A stretch of 64,000 nt of DNA from Gemmatimonadota bacterium (GCA_965116475.1 OZ220691.1:288001-352000), one strand, 5' to 3'; counted from the first letter of the stretch, positions 1 through 10,173 are shown. Notes: generated by a model from the sequence alone, not told the origin. Made by a program: numbers and translations.

Positions 1-2
1 GC

Positions 3-617
3 GGCTACGGCGTGCCCGTCCTCGTTGACGGCGCGCACTCGCTCGCGCACCACGACTTCACCCTCTCCGAACTGAACTGCGACAACTACGCCGTGAGCCT
101 GCACAAGTGGCTCCACGCCCCGGTCGGGACCGGCCTCCTCTACGTGAGGCGGGAGAAGATCCCCGAGATCTGGCCGCTGCAGGCCGCGCCCGAGAGCAGC
201 AATGACGACATCCGCAAGTTCGAGGCGATCGGCACGCACCCCGAGGCCAACTTCCTCGCCATCGGCGAAGCGCTCACCTTCCACCAGCTCGTCGGCGGCG
301 AGCGCAAGGAGGCGCGCCTCGTCCACCTGCGGAACTACTGGGCCGAGCAGCTCCTCGAGCACGACCGCTTGCGGCTCAACACGAGCCTCAAACCGGGCCT
401 CGCGTGCGGGATCGCCAACGTCCAGGTCGAGGGCATCGACACGAGCGCGCTCCGCAACTGGCTGTGGAACCGGCACCGCATCTTCACGGTCGGCATCAAC
501 CACGCCGAGTTCACGGGCCTGCGCATCTCGCCGTCCACCTACACGACGATCGAGGAACTCGACCGCTTCGTGGACGCGATGACCCGCGCGGTGAAGCACG
601 GCATCCCCGCCTCATGA
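3..617 (+). CDS. PLP-dependent aminotransferase class V (isopenicillin N epimerase/cysteine desulfurase-like), 5'-truncated by window edge
   Basis: Motifs VLVDGAHS and SLHKWL.AP.GTG (PLP lysine); C-terminal LRISP..YTT.EELD; frame open to window start. Confidence 0.85.
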   Translation, partial: GYGVPVLVDGAHSLAHHDFTLSELNCDNYAVSLHKWLHAPVGTGLLYVRREKIPEIWPLQAAPESSNDDIRKFEAIGTHPEANFLAIGEALTFHQLVGGERKEARLVHLRNYWAEQLLEHDRLRLNTSLKPGLACGIANVQVEGIDTSALRNWLWNRHRIFTVGINHAEFTGLRISPSTYTTIEELDRFVDAMTRAVKHGIPAS

Positions 618-1780
618 CCGAGACCTTTGACATGGCCTTGATTCAGCGTGGGGCGCGGCTCCGCCGTTCGCCGTACTTCGAGGCCACGCTCCGGGACGGG
701 TGCCGGAGCTATACGGTCTACAATCACATGTTTCTCCCGACGCGCTACGACGACCTCCACGCGGAGTACGAGAAGCTCCTGAACGGGGTCACGGTGTGGG
801 ACGTGAGCGTCGAGCGGCAGGTGGAGATCACCGGGCCGGACGCCTTCGAGTTCACGAACCTGCTCACGCCCCGGGACCTCTCGAAGTGCGCCGTCGGGCA
901 GGGCAAGTACGTCCTCATCGGGGCCGACGACGGGGGCATCGTGAACGACCCGGTGCTGCTGCGCCTGGGCGAGAACCACTTCTGGCTCGCGCTGGCGGAC
1001 AGCGACGTGCTGCTGTACGCGAAGGGGATCGCGCTCAACGCCGGCCTCGATGTCGAGATCCGCGAGCCGGACGTCTCTCCCATGCAGGTGCAGGGCCCGA
1101 AGTCGAAGGAAGTCGTGCGCCGGCTGTTCGGGGACGACGTCGTCGAGCTGCGCTACTACTGGTTTCTGGAGACGGACCTGGATGGCATCCCCGTGGTCGT
1201 GACCCGCACGGGGTGGAGCGGCGAGGTCGGCTACGAGATCTACCTGCGGGACGGAAGCCGGGGCGTCGAACTCTGGGACCGCGTGATGGAGGCGGGCCGC
1301 GACCTGGGCATCTCTCCCACCGGCCCGTCCGACATCCGCCGCATCGAAGCCGGTATCCTCAACTACGGCATCGACATGACGCTGGACACGAACCCGTACG
1401 AGGTCGGGCTCGGCTGGCAGGTCGACTTCGACCAGGAGGGCGACTTCATCGGCCGCGAGGCACTGGCCCGGATCGCCGAGGCGGGGCCCCGCCGGCTCCT
1501 CGCCGGCGTTGAAATCTCGGGCGCGCCGCTCGACCTGAACATGGACCGCTGGCCCGTACACGGCGGCGGCGGCGCGAACGGGGACACCGGCGTGATCGGA
1601 TTCGTCACGTCCGCCGTGTATTCGCCGCGTCTCGGGAAGAACATCGGCTACACCCTCGTCCCGGCCGCGGCCGGGGAGCTTGGCACGCGCCTGGCCGTGA
1701 CGACGCCGCACGGGGAGCGGGACGCCGTCGTGGTGCCCCGGCCCTTCGTGGATCCCCGCAAGGAGATCCCGAAGTCCTAG
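614..1780 (+). CDS. GcvT-family folate-dependent aminomethyltransferase, DmdA (DMSP demethylase)-like
   Basis: ATG at 614 overlaps upstream stop (ATGA); YTVYNHM.LP, WDVSVERQVEITGPDA, NDPVLLRL, ADSDVL, QGPKS, RTGWSGEVGYEI motifs. Confidence 0.85.
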   Translation: MTETFDMALIQRGARLRRSPYFEATLRDGCRSYTVYNHMFLPTRYDDLHAEYEKLLNGVTVWDVSVERQVEITGPDAFEFTNLLTPRDLSKCAVGQGKYVLIGADDGGIVNDPVLLRLGENHFWLALADSDVLLYAKGIALNAGLDVEIREPDVSPMQVQGPKSKEVVRRLFGDDVVELRYYWFLETDLDGIPVVVTRTGWSGEVGYEIYLRDGSRGVELWDRVMEAGRDLGISPTGPSDIRRIEAGILNYGIDMTLDTNPYEVGLGWQVDFDQEGDFIGREALARIAEAGPRRLLAGVEISGAPLDLNMDRWPVHGGGGANGDTGVIGFVTSAVYSPRLGKNIGYTLVPAAAGELGTRLAVTTPHGERDAVVVPRPFVDPRKEIPKS

Positions 1781-1824
1781 TGTAGCGACACGACGTTAGC
1801 GCGCGCCGCGACCCACCGGGGCCG

Positions 1825-2391
1825 TCAGTGCCGCAGGCCCAGGAAGGACGGTATCGCGCGCCCGAACCAGCGTCCGATCGCGCTCACCGGTACCGAAACG
1901 CCTACTGCCCTGGAGTTCTGCGGCGGGTCCGTGCTCGGCGCGTCGCCGGCGTCGCCGCCCCCAACCCCTGCCGCGGCGGCAGCGAGCGCCACAGTTCCCG
2001 CGAGGATCCCGGCACCGAGCAGCACGCTCTTCGTCGTCGAGAATTCGCGCACTTCGATGCTTGCGACGCCATCCCGGGCCACGCGCAGGGTGTCGTACTG
2101 CACGACGTCCTGGAACAGGCCGAGAGTATGCCGCGTGCTCGCTTCGAACTCGATCGTATCTCCCACGCTGATGACCTTCCCCTCGACGGCGACCGTCCCG
2201 GATGGCGAGCTGGGATTGACGATCGCGGACTGGACCGGCACGCGCAGTCTGGCCACGGAGCCCACGGGCGCGTCGTCGACGATCCGGTAGGAGTAGCAAC
2301 CCGACACCGTGAGCCCGACCGCCAGGAAGGCGAGGGTCCGGTGTCCCCATCGCCGCGCTCCGCCGCGCGGCGGAGAGTCAGAACTCAACAT
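1825..2391 (-). CDS. Hypothetical lipoprotein with C-terminal hydrophobic segment
   Basis: Lipobox LTVSGC; last gene of the susC/susD run, overlapping the upstream gene. Confidence 0.6.
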   Translation of the reverse strand: MLSSDSPPRGGARRWGHRTLAFLAVGLTVSGCYSYRIVDDAPVGSVARLRVPVQSAIVNPSSPSGTVAVEGKVISVGDTIEFEASTRHTLGLFQDVVQYDTLRVARDGVASIEVREFSTTKSVLLGAGILAGTVALAAAAAGVGGGDAGDAPSTDPPQNSRAVGVSVPVSAIGRWFGRAIPSFLGLRH

Positions 2392-2854
2392 CGAGGTCTC
2401 GCGTCAGGAGTTGGTTGAACGAATAGACGAAGTGCCAGGGATCGTCCGGGAATATCCCGCCGGTTTCGTTGAGAAGACCGCGGTCGTCCACGTTCACGAT
2501 GACCTGGACCGCAAGCGTATCCCCTTCCAGGGACTCCGCCTGGACGAACCACCGTCGGTCGATGGAGATATCCATCGCTCTCTGGAAGGGGATCTCGTGA
2601 ATGACCGTGTCCGACCGGACGACCTGCACCCGCGTCACGCCGAACTCGTTGAGGCCGGCCACGAACTGGGTGGAGTAGATGGCCCTGACGCGGTCGCCCG
2701 CCTCGCCCCGCATCTCGAAATAGATGTTCTCGGGCGTCGGGTCATCGAAAACCTCCGAGCACCCGCCGAGGGCGATCGCGGCCAGCAGGAGCGGCAGTCC
2801 CACAAAGGGGGTGGCAGAGGCGGCGGGTGCGGCCCGCCGCCTCCCCCCTGACAT
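2378..2854 (-). CDS. Hypothetical lipoprotein in SusC/SusD operon
   Basis: ATG at 2854 overlaps susD stop; lipobox IALGGC; beta-rich mature region. Confidence 0.7.
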   Translation of the reverse strand: MSGGRRRAAPAASATPFVGLPLLLAAIALGGCSEVFDDPTPENIYFEMRGEAGDRVRAIYSTQFVAGLNEFGVTRVQVVRSDTVIHEIPFQRAMDISIDRRWFVQAESLEGDTLAVQVIVNVDDRGLLNETGGIFPDDPWHFVYSFNQLLTRDLDVEF

Positions 2855-4185
2855 CAACCTCCGCAACCCAGTCCGTTCAGATGGCAGTTCGCCCGCAGTT
2901 CGATGATCGAAATCGGGAGCATCGTGCCCGGCGCGGCGGACGCGGCGGCGGCGCCCTGCCACTTGGGATCCGTGAGGCCCCACCTGTACATGTCCGCCAG
3001 GCGCAGACCCTGCAGCATCACGTTCACCCGGCGCGTGTGCTGGAGCATCTCCATCTCGGAGATCTGGCCGGAGTACGGCGTCAGGCCGTCCAGCGCGCGG
3101 ATGTGATTGATGTGCATGGCGAAGCCGTTGGAATCCCCGCCTGCCAACGCGTTCTCGGCCAGAATCAGGTGCATCATCCGGGCGGAGGCCAGCGTCAAGG
3201 GCGGATAGATCCCGCCCTTGTCGAGATAGTTGCCGCCCTTCCACTGATTCAGCCACTTGATGACGGCCGGATCGTCGACGTTATCGATGGGATCCTGGAG
3301 TGCGATACCGTTGATGTCGTTCTGGTCGTCGACCGTGGCGATCGAGAGGTCGATCTGGTTCTCCTTGCGGTCGTTGACCCAGGACGCCATCGAGTTGGAC
3401 CTGCTGGCACTCGAGAAAGTCAGGTTGGACGTCCAGTCCGGCTGGACGCTCGCCAGAACCGCACTGGCGTCCATTCCGGCCTCGGCCGAGGCCGCCAGCC
3501 CGTTCCCGGATGGCGACGGGTTGATCGCGTCCCATATCGCGCGGGACTGTCGGGCGCGGGCGCGGAGCGCCCTGGCCTGCGTCGCCATGTCCGTGGCCCC
3601 CACCTCGTTGAAGCCGGCGATGGCCGAGGAGAACTTGTCGATCGCGCCGTCCAGGACCTGGTACATGTTGGCCGGTCCGATCGGAGGTCCGCTCTCCGTC
3701 TTGTCGGAGAACGCGAAGTCCTCCTGGATCTCCCCGATCACCATGTAGATGATGCCGGAGTACAGGTAGGCGCGCGCCAGATCGGTCTTGATCTGGGTGG
3801 ATGGGTTGTTGCCGTGGTGCTCCTGGACGATTTCGATGGCTTCGTCGCTCATCCACCGAGCCTGTCCCATGGCCGGGAATGGGCCATCGATGAACTCGTT
3901 CAGCGGATCATCCACGAATCCGAGATCGAGCGAGAGCCAGGCATCCCTGGAGCCGATCCAGCGCATCTCGTCGGACGCCACCAGGTACGGCTGCCAGGAC
4001 TGGGACACGGAAGAGGCCACGAGCGTGAGCGTTCCGTTCACGACGGCGGCGGCCGCCGCCTCCTGGCGGATGTCCTCCTCGACCAGGTCGTTGGGATTGT
4101 TGACGTCCAGCAGGTCGCCGCACCCAAGCGTGAAAGCGGCCAGAAGAGGCGCGGCCAACCAGGCCCTGATATTTCGATTCCTCAT
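2854..4185 (-). CDS. SusD/RagB-like outer-membrane substrate-binding lipoprotein
   Basis: Lipobox FTLGC followed by D.L.V.NP; C-terminal RR..(M)LQGLRLADMYRW and LPI...E...N typical of SusD; directly downstream of SusC-like gene. Confidence 0.85.
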   Translation of the reverse strand: MRNRNIRAWLAAPLLAAFTLGCGDLLDVNNPNDLVEEDIRQEAAAAAVVNGTLTLVASSVSQSWQPYLVASDEMRWIGSRDAWLSLDLGFVDDPLNEFIDGPFPAMGQARWMSDEAIEIVQEHHGNNPSTQIKTDLARAYLYSGIIYMVIGEIQEDFAFSDKTESGPPIGPANMYQVLDGAIDKFSSAIAGFNEVGATDMATQARALRARARQSRAIWDAINPSPSGNGLAASAEAGMDASAVLASVQPDWTSNLTFSSASRSNSMASWVNDRKENQIDLSIATVDDQNDINGIALQDPIDNVDDPAVIKWLNQWKGGNYLDKGGIYPPLTLASARMMHLILAENALAGGDSNGFAMHINHIRALDGLTPYSGQISEMEMLQHTRRVNVMLQGLRLADMYRWGLTDPKWQGAAAASAAPGTMLPISIIELRANCHLNGLGCGG

Positions 4186-4207
4186 GGTATGGTTCCCCCG
4201 CTTGGAT

Positions 4208-7200
4208 CTAGAAAGTGACGCGCACGGACATCGTGAAGCGCCGCGGCACCGGAATGCCCCAGCCTTCCGTCGAATTCAGGAAGTTGCAGCTGAGGCCTCC
4301 GTTGCAGCGCCCGAGGACGTTGCCCTCCGGGTCCATGCCGGGGTAGTCGCCCAGCATGAAGAGCAGCAGGTTGCGCACGCCCATGTTCACCGTAGCGGCC
4401 GAGAAGCCCCAGCGCTGGACGAACGTGGCCGGCACCCGGTAGCTGAGCGACAGCTCGCGCCACTGAATCCAGTCGGCGTCGTAGATCCCGTTCATGCCGC
4501 TCATCGGGGAGAGCCCCTCGACTTCGTGGGCCCAGGCGACCGCCGCATCGAGCCGCTCCTCGGCCGACGAGCCGGGGTTCAGCATCGTGGCGTACAGCTC
4601 GGCCGAGCGCGGCGTGTTGCGCCCGATGAAGTTGTTGGCGCGCCGGAACATGCCCGACAGATCCTGCACCTGGTGACCGAACTTGTACTCCATGAGCGTC
4701 GTCAACTGGAAGTTGCCCAGGAACGCGAGGTCGAAGCCGAAGGAGCCCGCGTAGTCCGGGGTCGGGTTGCCGAGGTGCGTATCGAGCAATCCGGCCCCGC
4801 AGTTGTGCGACGCCAGCCCGCCGTTGGGCACTCCGAAGTCCTCGTTGCCGATCGCAAGCGGCTTGAAGCTGTTGGGATTGCGCGGCTGACTGAAGTACGC
4901 GAGCGCCTGATCGCGCGTCGGCACCACGCACTGGCCGTCGACCGGGTCGAGGATGTTCAGCGGGATCGCCACATCGGCGACCCTTGCGCCGAAGAAGGCG
5001 CCCGGCGTGAAGCCCTCGACCAGGTAGTTGCGGTAGCGCGGGTAGCTGCCACCGGTCTTCAGAGGCGGCGCGCCGCCCATGTCGGTGATCTGCTCCGACA
5101 GGAAGGCCGTGTTCGCGAAGACGTTGAGCGAGATGTCCCGCGCCTGGATCAGGTTGCCGCGGATGCCGAGCTCGACGCCGTGGGCCGTGACTTCGCCGAT
5201 GTTGTCGAGCTGGGTCTGCGTGAACCCGCCCGTGACCGGGAACTGGCGCGCGACCATGGCATCGGTGACGACCCGGTCCCAATAGGTCGCCTCGATGGAC
5301 CACCGGTCGTTGAAGAGTCCGAGGTCGATCCCGAACTCCAACTCCGTGGACACCTCGGGCTTCAACTGCTCGTTGCCGAGATTCGACGGCTGGACGCCGG
5401 GACCCACCTCGGTGCCCAGCGACGAGAACGTCGTGAACTTGTCGAAGGCGCCCGGCTGCAATCCGGACGTGCCGTAGGCTCCCTTGATCCGCATCGACGA
5501 GAAGAGCTCGCTGTCCCAGCGTTCGCTCGGGACGATGGCGAAGTTGGCCTTGGGATAGAGGGCGGTGTTGAACGCCTCGCCGAACGCCGAGTTGGCATCC
5601 AGGCGCGCGCCCACGGTGAGGAAGAGCCAGTTGTCCCACCCGACCTGGTCCTGCACGTATCCGCCGATCTGCGTCACCCGGAGCCAGTTCTCGAACGAGG
5701 ACTCGGAGCCAAGCGCCGACAGGGTCTCCAGCCCGGGACCGGGGAAGTCGCGTCCGCTGCCGCCCGCCGACTGCGACTGGCGCAGGAAGCCCTGGCCGCC
5801 GAACAGCAGCGTGTTCTCGAGGCGGCTGGTGCTGAAGACGTACGATCCCTTGATGTCGGCCGTAAGCTCGCGGCTGCGGTTCTCCTGGACGTTCCGGCTC
5901 CCGTCCGGGGTCGAGCCCGAGAAGCCGTCCACGTTCCACCGGTAGGGGCGGAAGCTGACCGCGTCGTCGGACGTGAAGTCGATCCCGAAGGTTCCGTTGA
6001 TGTTGAACGCTTCCGAGGGCGAGAAGTCGATGTTCGTGGATCCCGCGAAGTGCTGCGAGTTCACGAAGTTCAGCTGATATGCGTTCTCGCGCAGAGTGGC
6101 GAACGCCGGCTGGCCGTAGAAGTTGATCTGCCCGAGTTCCGGGTTGTCGTTGGCGAGCCGCAGCTGGGACATGAGCGCCGACGAGAACACGCCGTAAATG
6201 TTGTTCGAGTTGTCGGGCGTGTGGTGCTCCATGTCCGAATAGAGCGTCGTGACGCCGATGCGCAGATCACTGCTCGGGATCAGCGTGAAGTTGGTGTGGA
6301 TCGACGCGCGGCGGTTGGTGTCGTTCTCGGGGTCCAGCCCCTCCACCGCTTCGAAGTTCCTCGACGCGTCGTACGGCCCGTCCTCGCTGGCGAGGCGCGC
6401 GGAGGCGAAGTACTGGAACACGCTCGATCCACCCTGCAGGGATCCGGAGTAGGTCTGGCCGAACCCGGTGGTAAGCAGATCGGGAATCAGATCGCGCTCG
6501 ATCGGCTCCCAGGGCGACACGGGCTGTCCCCAGCGCGACGACATAAGGTTCACGGCGTCCGACAGCCGTTCGGCGTCGCCGTCTCCCGTGCATCCGGGAC
6601 TGGAGCAGACCCGGCCGGCGAAGTCGGCGACCGGCAGGATGCGGTTGGTCGGCACGGAGATCCCGGTCAGGTCGCCCCGGAACGTGAAGCGCGGGGTTCC
6701 GATGGTGCCGCGCTTCGTGAAGATCTGGATCACGCCGTTCGAGGCTTCCGTCCCGTACAGCGTCGCGGCCGCTGCGCCCTTCAGAATCTCGACACGCTCG
6801 ATGGACTCGGGCGGAATGTCGTCGAGACGGGAGGGGTTCCCCTGCCCGTTGAAGTTCTGCACGGCGGAGCGGTCCACGCGGATGCCGTCAACGTAGACGA
6901 TGGGCTCGTTCAACTGCGACAGCGACGCGGATCCGCGGATGCGGATGCGGGCGCCTTCGCCCGTGTAGCCCGACGACGGCAGCGCCACCACTCCGGGCTC
7001 GCGGCCCGCGATGAGCTGGCTGAAGTCGGAGATGGGCGCGTTCTCGAGCTCCGCAGCGTCGAGGGTCGCGATCGTGTGGCCGAGCCTGCGCTTCTCGGTC
7101 GCGACGCCGGTGCCCGTCACGACGATCTCGTCCATCTGGACCGCGGTGACGTTCAGAGCGAAGTCGAGCGTCGCGGTCGAGCCGGCGGTGACGGTCACGG

Positions 7201-7480
7201 CCTCGGAGGCCTCGCGGTAGCCGACCAGGCGGACGGTCACCGTCTGCTCGCCGGCGGGTACGTTGAGTAACACGAAGTCTCCGCTGGCGTTGGAAAAGGT
7301 CCCGATGCCGGTGCCCTCGATGAACACCTGCGCGGAGGATAAGGGTCGGAGGGAGCCCTCTTCGGTCACTCGGCCCGCGATGCTGCCCGCATCCTGGCCA
7401 CTCAAGCCCGGTGCGAGGCAGGCGAGGGCAACCAGGGCCACTCCCCATGCACCTATGGTGCGACAGGTGAATCGTTTCAT
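4208..7480 (-). CDS. SusC/RagA-family TonB-dependent receptor
   Basis: GGAG RBS before ATG 7480; signal peptide, carboxypeptidase-regulatory-like domain, EIVVTG TonB box, plug motif IERVEILKGAAAATLYGTEASNGVIQIFTKRG; terminal Phe. Confidence 0.95.
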   Translation of the reverse strand: MKRFTCRTIGAWGVALVALACLAPGLSGQDAGSIAGRVTEEGSLRPLSSAQVFIEGTGIGTFSNASGDFVLLNVPAGEQTVTVRLVGYREASEAVTVTAGSTATLDFALNVTAVQMDEIVVTGTGVATEKRRLGHTIATLDAAELENAPISDFSQLIAGREPGVVALPSSGYTGEGARIRIRGSASLSQLNEPIVYVDGIRVDRSAVQNFNGQGNPSRLDDIPPESIERVEILKGAAAATLYGTEASNGVIQIFTKRGTIGTPRFTFRGDLTGISVPTNRILPVADFAGRVCSSPGCTGDGDAERLSDAVNLMSSRWGQPVSPWEPIERDLIPDLLTTGFGQTYSGSLQGGSSVFQYFASARLASEDGPYDASRNFEAVEGLDPENDTNRRASIHTNFTLIPSSDLRIGVTTLYSDMEHHTPDNSNNIYGVFSSALMSQLRLANDNPELGQINFYGQPAFATLRENAYQLNFVNSQHFAGSTNIDFSPSEAFNINGTFGIDFTSDDAVSFRPYRWNVDGFSGSTPDGSRNVQENRSRELTADIKGSYVFSTSRLENTLLFGGQGFLRQSQSAGGSGRDFPGPGLETLSALGSESSFENWLRVTQIGGYVQDQVGWDNWLFLTVGARLDANSAFGEAFNTALYPKANFAIVPSERWDSELFSSMRIKGAYGTSGLQPGAFDKFTTFSSLGTEVGPGVQPSNLGNEQLKPEVSTELEFGIDLGLFNDRWSIEATYWDRVVTDAMVARQFPVTGGFTQTQLDNIGEVTAHGVELGIRGNLIQARDISLNVFANTAFLSEQITDMGGAPPLKTGGSYPRYRNYLVEGFTPGAFFGARVADVAIPLNILDPVDGQCVVPTRDQALAYFSQPRNPNSFKPLAIGNEDFGVPNGGLASHNCGAGLLDTHLGNPTPDYAGSFGFDLAFLGNFQLTTLMEYKFGHQVQDLSGMFRRANNFIGRNTPRSAELYATMLNPGSSAEERLDAAVAWAHEVEGLSPMSGMNGIYDADWIQWRELSLSYRVPATFVQRWGFSAATVNMGVRNLLLFMLGDYPGMDPEGNVLGRCNGGLSCNFLNSTEGWGIPVPRRFTMSVRVTF

Positions 7481-7559
7481 TCGGCGCTCCTTGCGCTGGA
7501 GGGGACGGAAACGGCCGAACGACCCGCTCCCGATTTCCGCCAACTCGTTCCACAATCCG

Positions 7560-8558
7560 TTATTGATAATGAGATTCCGGCGCTCCCGCCAGCCAGTCCT
7601 CGATGAGGCGGCGGGAGATCGAGACGCGGCCCGGGAGCCGGAGACCGATCTCGCGGCGGCGCGCGAAGTCGGCGCGCTCGAACCAGCGGGCATCGACGAG
7701 TTCCTGCCCTGCGACGGTCAGTTCGCCGCCCACGCGTTCGGCGCGAAAACCGAGCATCAGGGACGCCGGGAAGGGCCAGGGCTGGGACGAGCGGTAGCGG
7801 ACCGAACCCACCTCGATTCCCGACTCCTCGCGAACCTCGCGGACGACCGCCTCCGACAGGCTCTCGCCCGGCTCCACGAAACCGGCCAGGGTGGAGTAGA
7901 CGCCCTCCGGCCAGATGTCCTTCCGCCCGAGGAGGCAGCGGTCTCCGTCGGTCACGAGGACGATGATGGCCGGGTCCGTGCGCGGGAAATGGTCGACGCC
8001 GCACGTCCTGTCGCCGCAGCGCCGGACGTGTCCGCCCTGCTTCGGCCGGGTGGGAGCGCCGCACGTTCCGCAGAAGCGGTGCCGGCGACTCCAGGTGACG
8101 ATCGCGCGGGCGTAGGCCAGCAGCGAGCCGTCGCCCTGCCCCAGCATCGCCCCGACGCCGCGGAGATCGAGGAACTCCCCCGCCCCGTCGAGGGGGCTGT
8201 CGGAGGGCGGCTTTTCTCCGGGCACGTCGGCGGCGAACAGCGCGAGTCCCCCTTCGAGGCCGAGAAAGATCCACTCCTCCGAGGGTCCGGAGACGGAGGC
8301 CGCCGCGTCGGGGGGAAGGAGTACCGGCTCGTAAGCCAGGCCGTCCGCCATCGCCGCGACGTCCCGCGCCGTTTGAGAGACGAGGCTGCGCTCGCGCCAC
8401 ACGGGGACGACGCGCGAGGTGGGATCGGACAACCGCTCGGAGAGCCACCGGGGATCGGCCCGCAGATGGGTGGCGCGATCGAGGCCGCCGCCCGCGAAGG
8501 GGTTCGGTCTCCGGTGGCCCTCCCCCACCACGCCCGATAAGATCTCGCCGGCCGACAT
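7560..8558 (-). CDS. nudC: NAD(+)/NADH diphosphatase (Nudix)
   Basis: Zn ribbon HRFCGTCG...C; FPRTDPAII; Nudix box GFVEPGESLSEAVVREVREESG; NudC signature SQPWPFPAS. Confidence 0.93.
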   Translation of the reverse strand: MSAGEILSGVVGEGHRRPNPFAGGGLDRATHLRADPRWLSERLSDPTSRVVPVWRERSLVSQTARDVAAMADGLAYEPVLLPPDAAASVSGPSEEWIFLGLEGGLALFAADVPGEKPPSDSPLDGAGEFLDLRGVGAMLGQGDGSLLAYARAIVTWSRRHRFCGTCGAPTRPKQGGHVRRCGDRTCGVDHFPRTDPAIIVLVTDGDRCLLGRKDIWPEGVYSTLAGFVEPGESLSEAVVREVREESGIEVGSVRYRSSQPWPFPASLMLGFRAERVGGELTVAGQELVDARWFERADFARRREIGLRLPGRVSISRRLIEDWLAGAPESHYQ

Positions 8559-8588
8559 GGGGGGAACGTAGCGGTTGCGAGGGAGAAC

Positions 8589-9275
8589 ATGCACAGCTTC
8601 GAGGGAACGGCGGGACGGGGCACGCTCCTCACGTTCGATTGCTACGGCACGCTGATCGACTGGGAGGGCGGAATTCTCGCGGCGCTCCGGACCGCGTACC
8701 CGGAGGCGGCCGCGGTGGAGGACGAGCGGCTCCTCGGCGAGTTCCACGCGGCCCAGAACCGGCTCAAGACGAGCGAGTACCGTCCCTACCGGCAGTTGCT
8801 CACCGAGACCTCGGTGGAAGTCGCGCGCGCGAACGGATGGAACACGGCGGACGAGCTGGCGGCCGGCGTCACCGCGAGCATTCCCTCCTGGCAGCCCTTC
8901 CGCGACACGAACCCGGCGCTCTTCCGCCTCGCCGCGGCGGGGGTCACGCTCGGCATCCTCTCGAACATCGATGACGACCTCCTCAGCGGTACGCTGAAGC
9001 GCTTCGAGGTCGAGTTCGGTCTCCTCGGCACGGCCCAGCGGCTGCGCAGCTACAAGCCGGCCGCGCCGCACTTCGAGCGCGGGCGGGAGTGGGCCGCGGG
9101 CTTCGACCGGTGGCTGCACGTGGCGCAGAGCCTCTTCCACGATGTTATACCCGCGACCTCACTCGGGGTCCCTGTGCTGTGGGTCAACCGCAAGAGCGAA
9201 CCCCACCCCGACGACGCCGCCCCCGTCCATGTCGCCTCCGACCTGGCCGACGCCGCAGGATGGCTCCTGCCGTGA
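8589..9275 (+). CDS. HAD-family hydrolase (haloacid dehalogenase type II-like)
   Basis: FDCYGTLIDW motif I, ILSNID, SYKP, LHVAQSLFHD. Confidence 0.88.
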   Translation: MHSFEGTAGRGTLLTFDCYGTLIDWEGGILAALRTAYPEAAAVEDERLLGEFHAAQNRLKTSEYRPYRQLLTETSVEVARANGWNTADELAAGVTASIPSWQPFRDTNPALFRLAAAGVTLGILSNIDDDLLSGTLKRFEVEFGLLGTAQRLRSYKPAAPHFERGREWAAGFDRWLHVAQSLFHDVIPATSLGVPVLWVNRKSEPHPDDAAPVHVASDLADAAGWLLP

Positions 9276-9278
9276 GGG

Positions 9279-10141
9279 TCAGGGCGATACGGCGTCGTCG
9301 TTGGATCCGCCCTCCAGGACATCGCGGGTGAAGTGGTGGAGTTCTCGCCATAGCACTTCGTGCGAAAAGATGTCGTTGTGCCCCGCCCCGGGGATCTCGA
9401 GCCAGCGGCGGGGCCCGCGCAGCGCCTCGAAGACCTCCCGGCTCTGGCCGGGCGGGATGACCCGGTCCTCCTCGCCGGCGGCAACAAGCGTCGGCACATC
9501 GATGCGCGGCGCCCGCTCCAGCGTGTCGAAGCGGTTGTGCAGCCAGTCCAGGTACCAGTCCGGGAGCCACGACAGCCGGTGCCGGCCGATCGCCGGGGTA
9601 TCCGTGAACGGCCCGAGGAGGACGACGCCGGCCACCGGGCGGCTCACCGCCAGTTCCGCCGCGACGGAGCTTCCGAGGGAGTTCCCCACCGGAAGGATCC
9701 GCCCGGGGTCGACGCCCCGCTCGTCCACCAGCCAGCGGTAGGCCGCCCGCGCGTCCGCGTAGAGACCCTCCTCCGATGGCTTTCCCTCGCTCGCTCCATA
9801 GCCCCGGTAGTCGGGCAGGAGGACGTCGAGTCCGAGGTTCGAGAGCGCGGCCGCCACCGTCCCTCGGTCTCCCAGGTGCCCGGCGTTGCCATGGAAGTAG
9901 ATGGCGGTCCCGCGCCCGGACGCCGGCGGGTCCGCGGGGAACCACACGCGTGCAGTTCGACGCCATCTTCGGTCCGGATGCGGACTTCGGTGGCCTGCGG
10001 GAACCCCCAGTATCGCGGGTGGGTCTCGTGCGGCTGCAGCGTCTCCGGATAGAAGACGAAGAAGGGGACGATCCGGGGCATGAGGAGACGGACGACGGCC
10101 AACAGGCCGACGAGGGCGACCACGACGATGAGGAGTTCCAC
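9279..10141 (-). pseudogene. Membrane-anchored alpha/beta hydrolase (ABHD/BEM46-like) split by an apparent 1-nt deletion near 9946
   Basis: Upstream frame encodes TM segment + FYP...EVRIRTEDGVELHA; downstream frame continues WFP...YFHGNAG...DYRGYG...GNSLG...GHND; junction reads GCG TG TGG TTC instead of GCG TGG TGG TTC. Start approximate (GTG 10141). Confidence 0.75.
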
Positions 10142-10173
10142 GAGCGGGAGCCGGCGGCGGGGGGCGGCCGGAG

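Noticed and set aside
3788-7270. 1160-aa plus-strand ORF and similar long antisense ORFs (e.g. 20902..24036 -, 30788..33346 +, 39956..41860 +, 51702..53498 +)
   Set aside because: Shadow frames opposite well-supported genes; expected in high-GC DNA; no recognisable motifs
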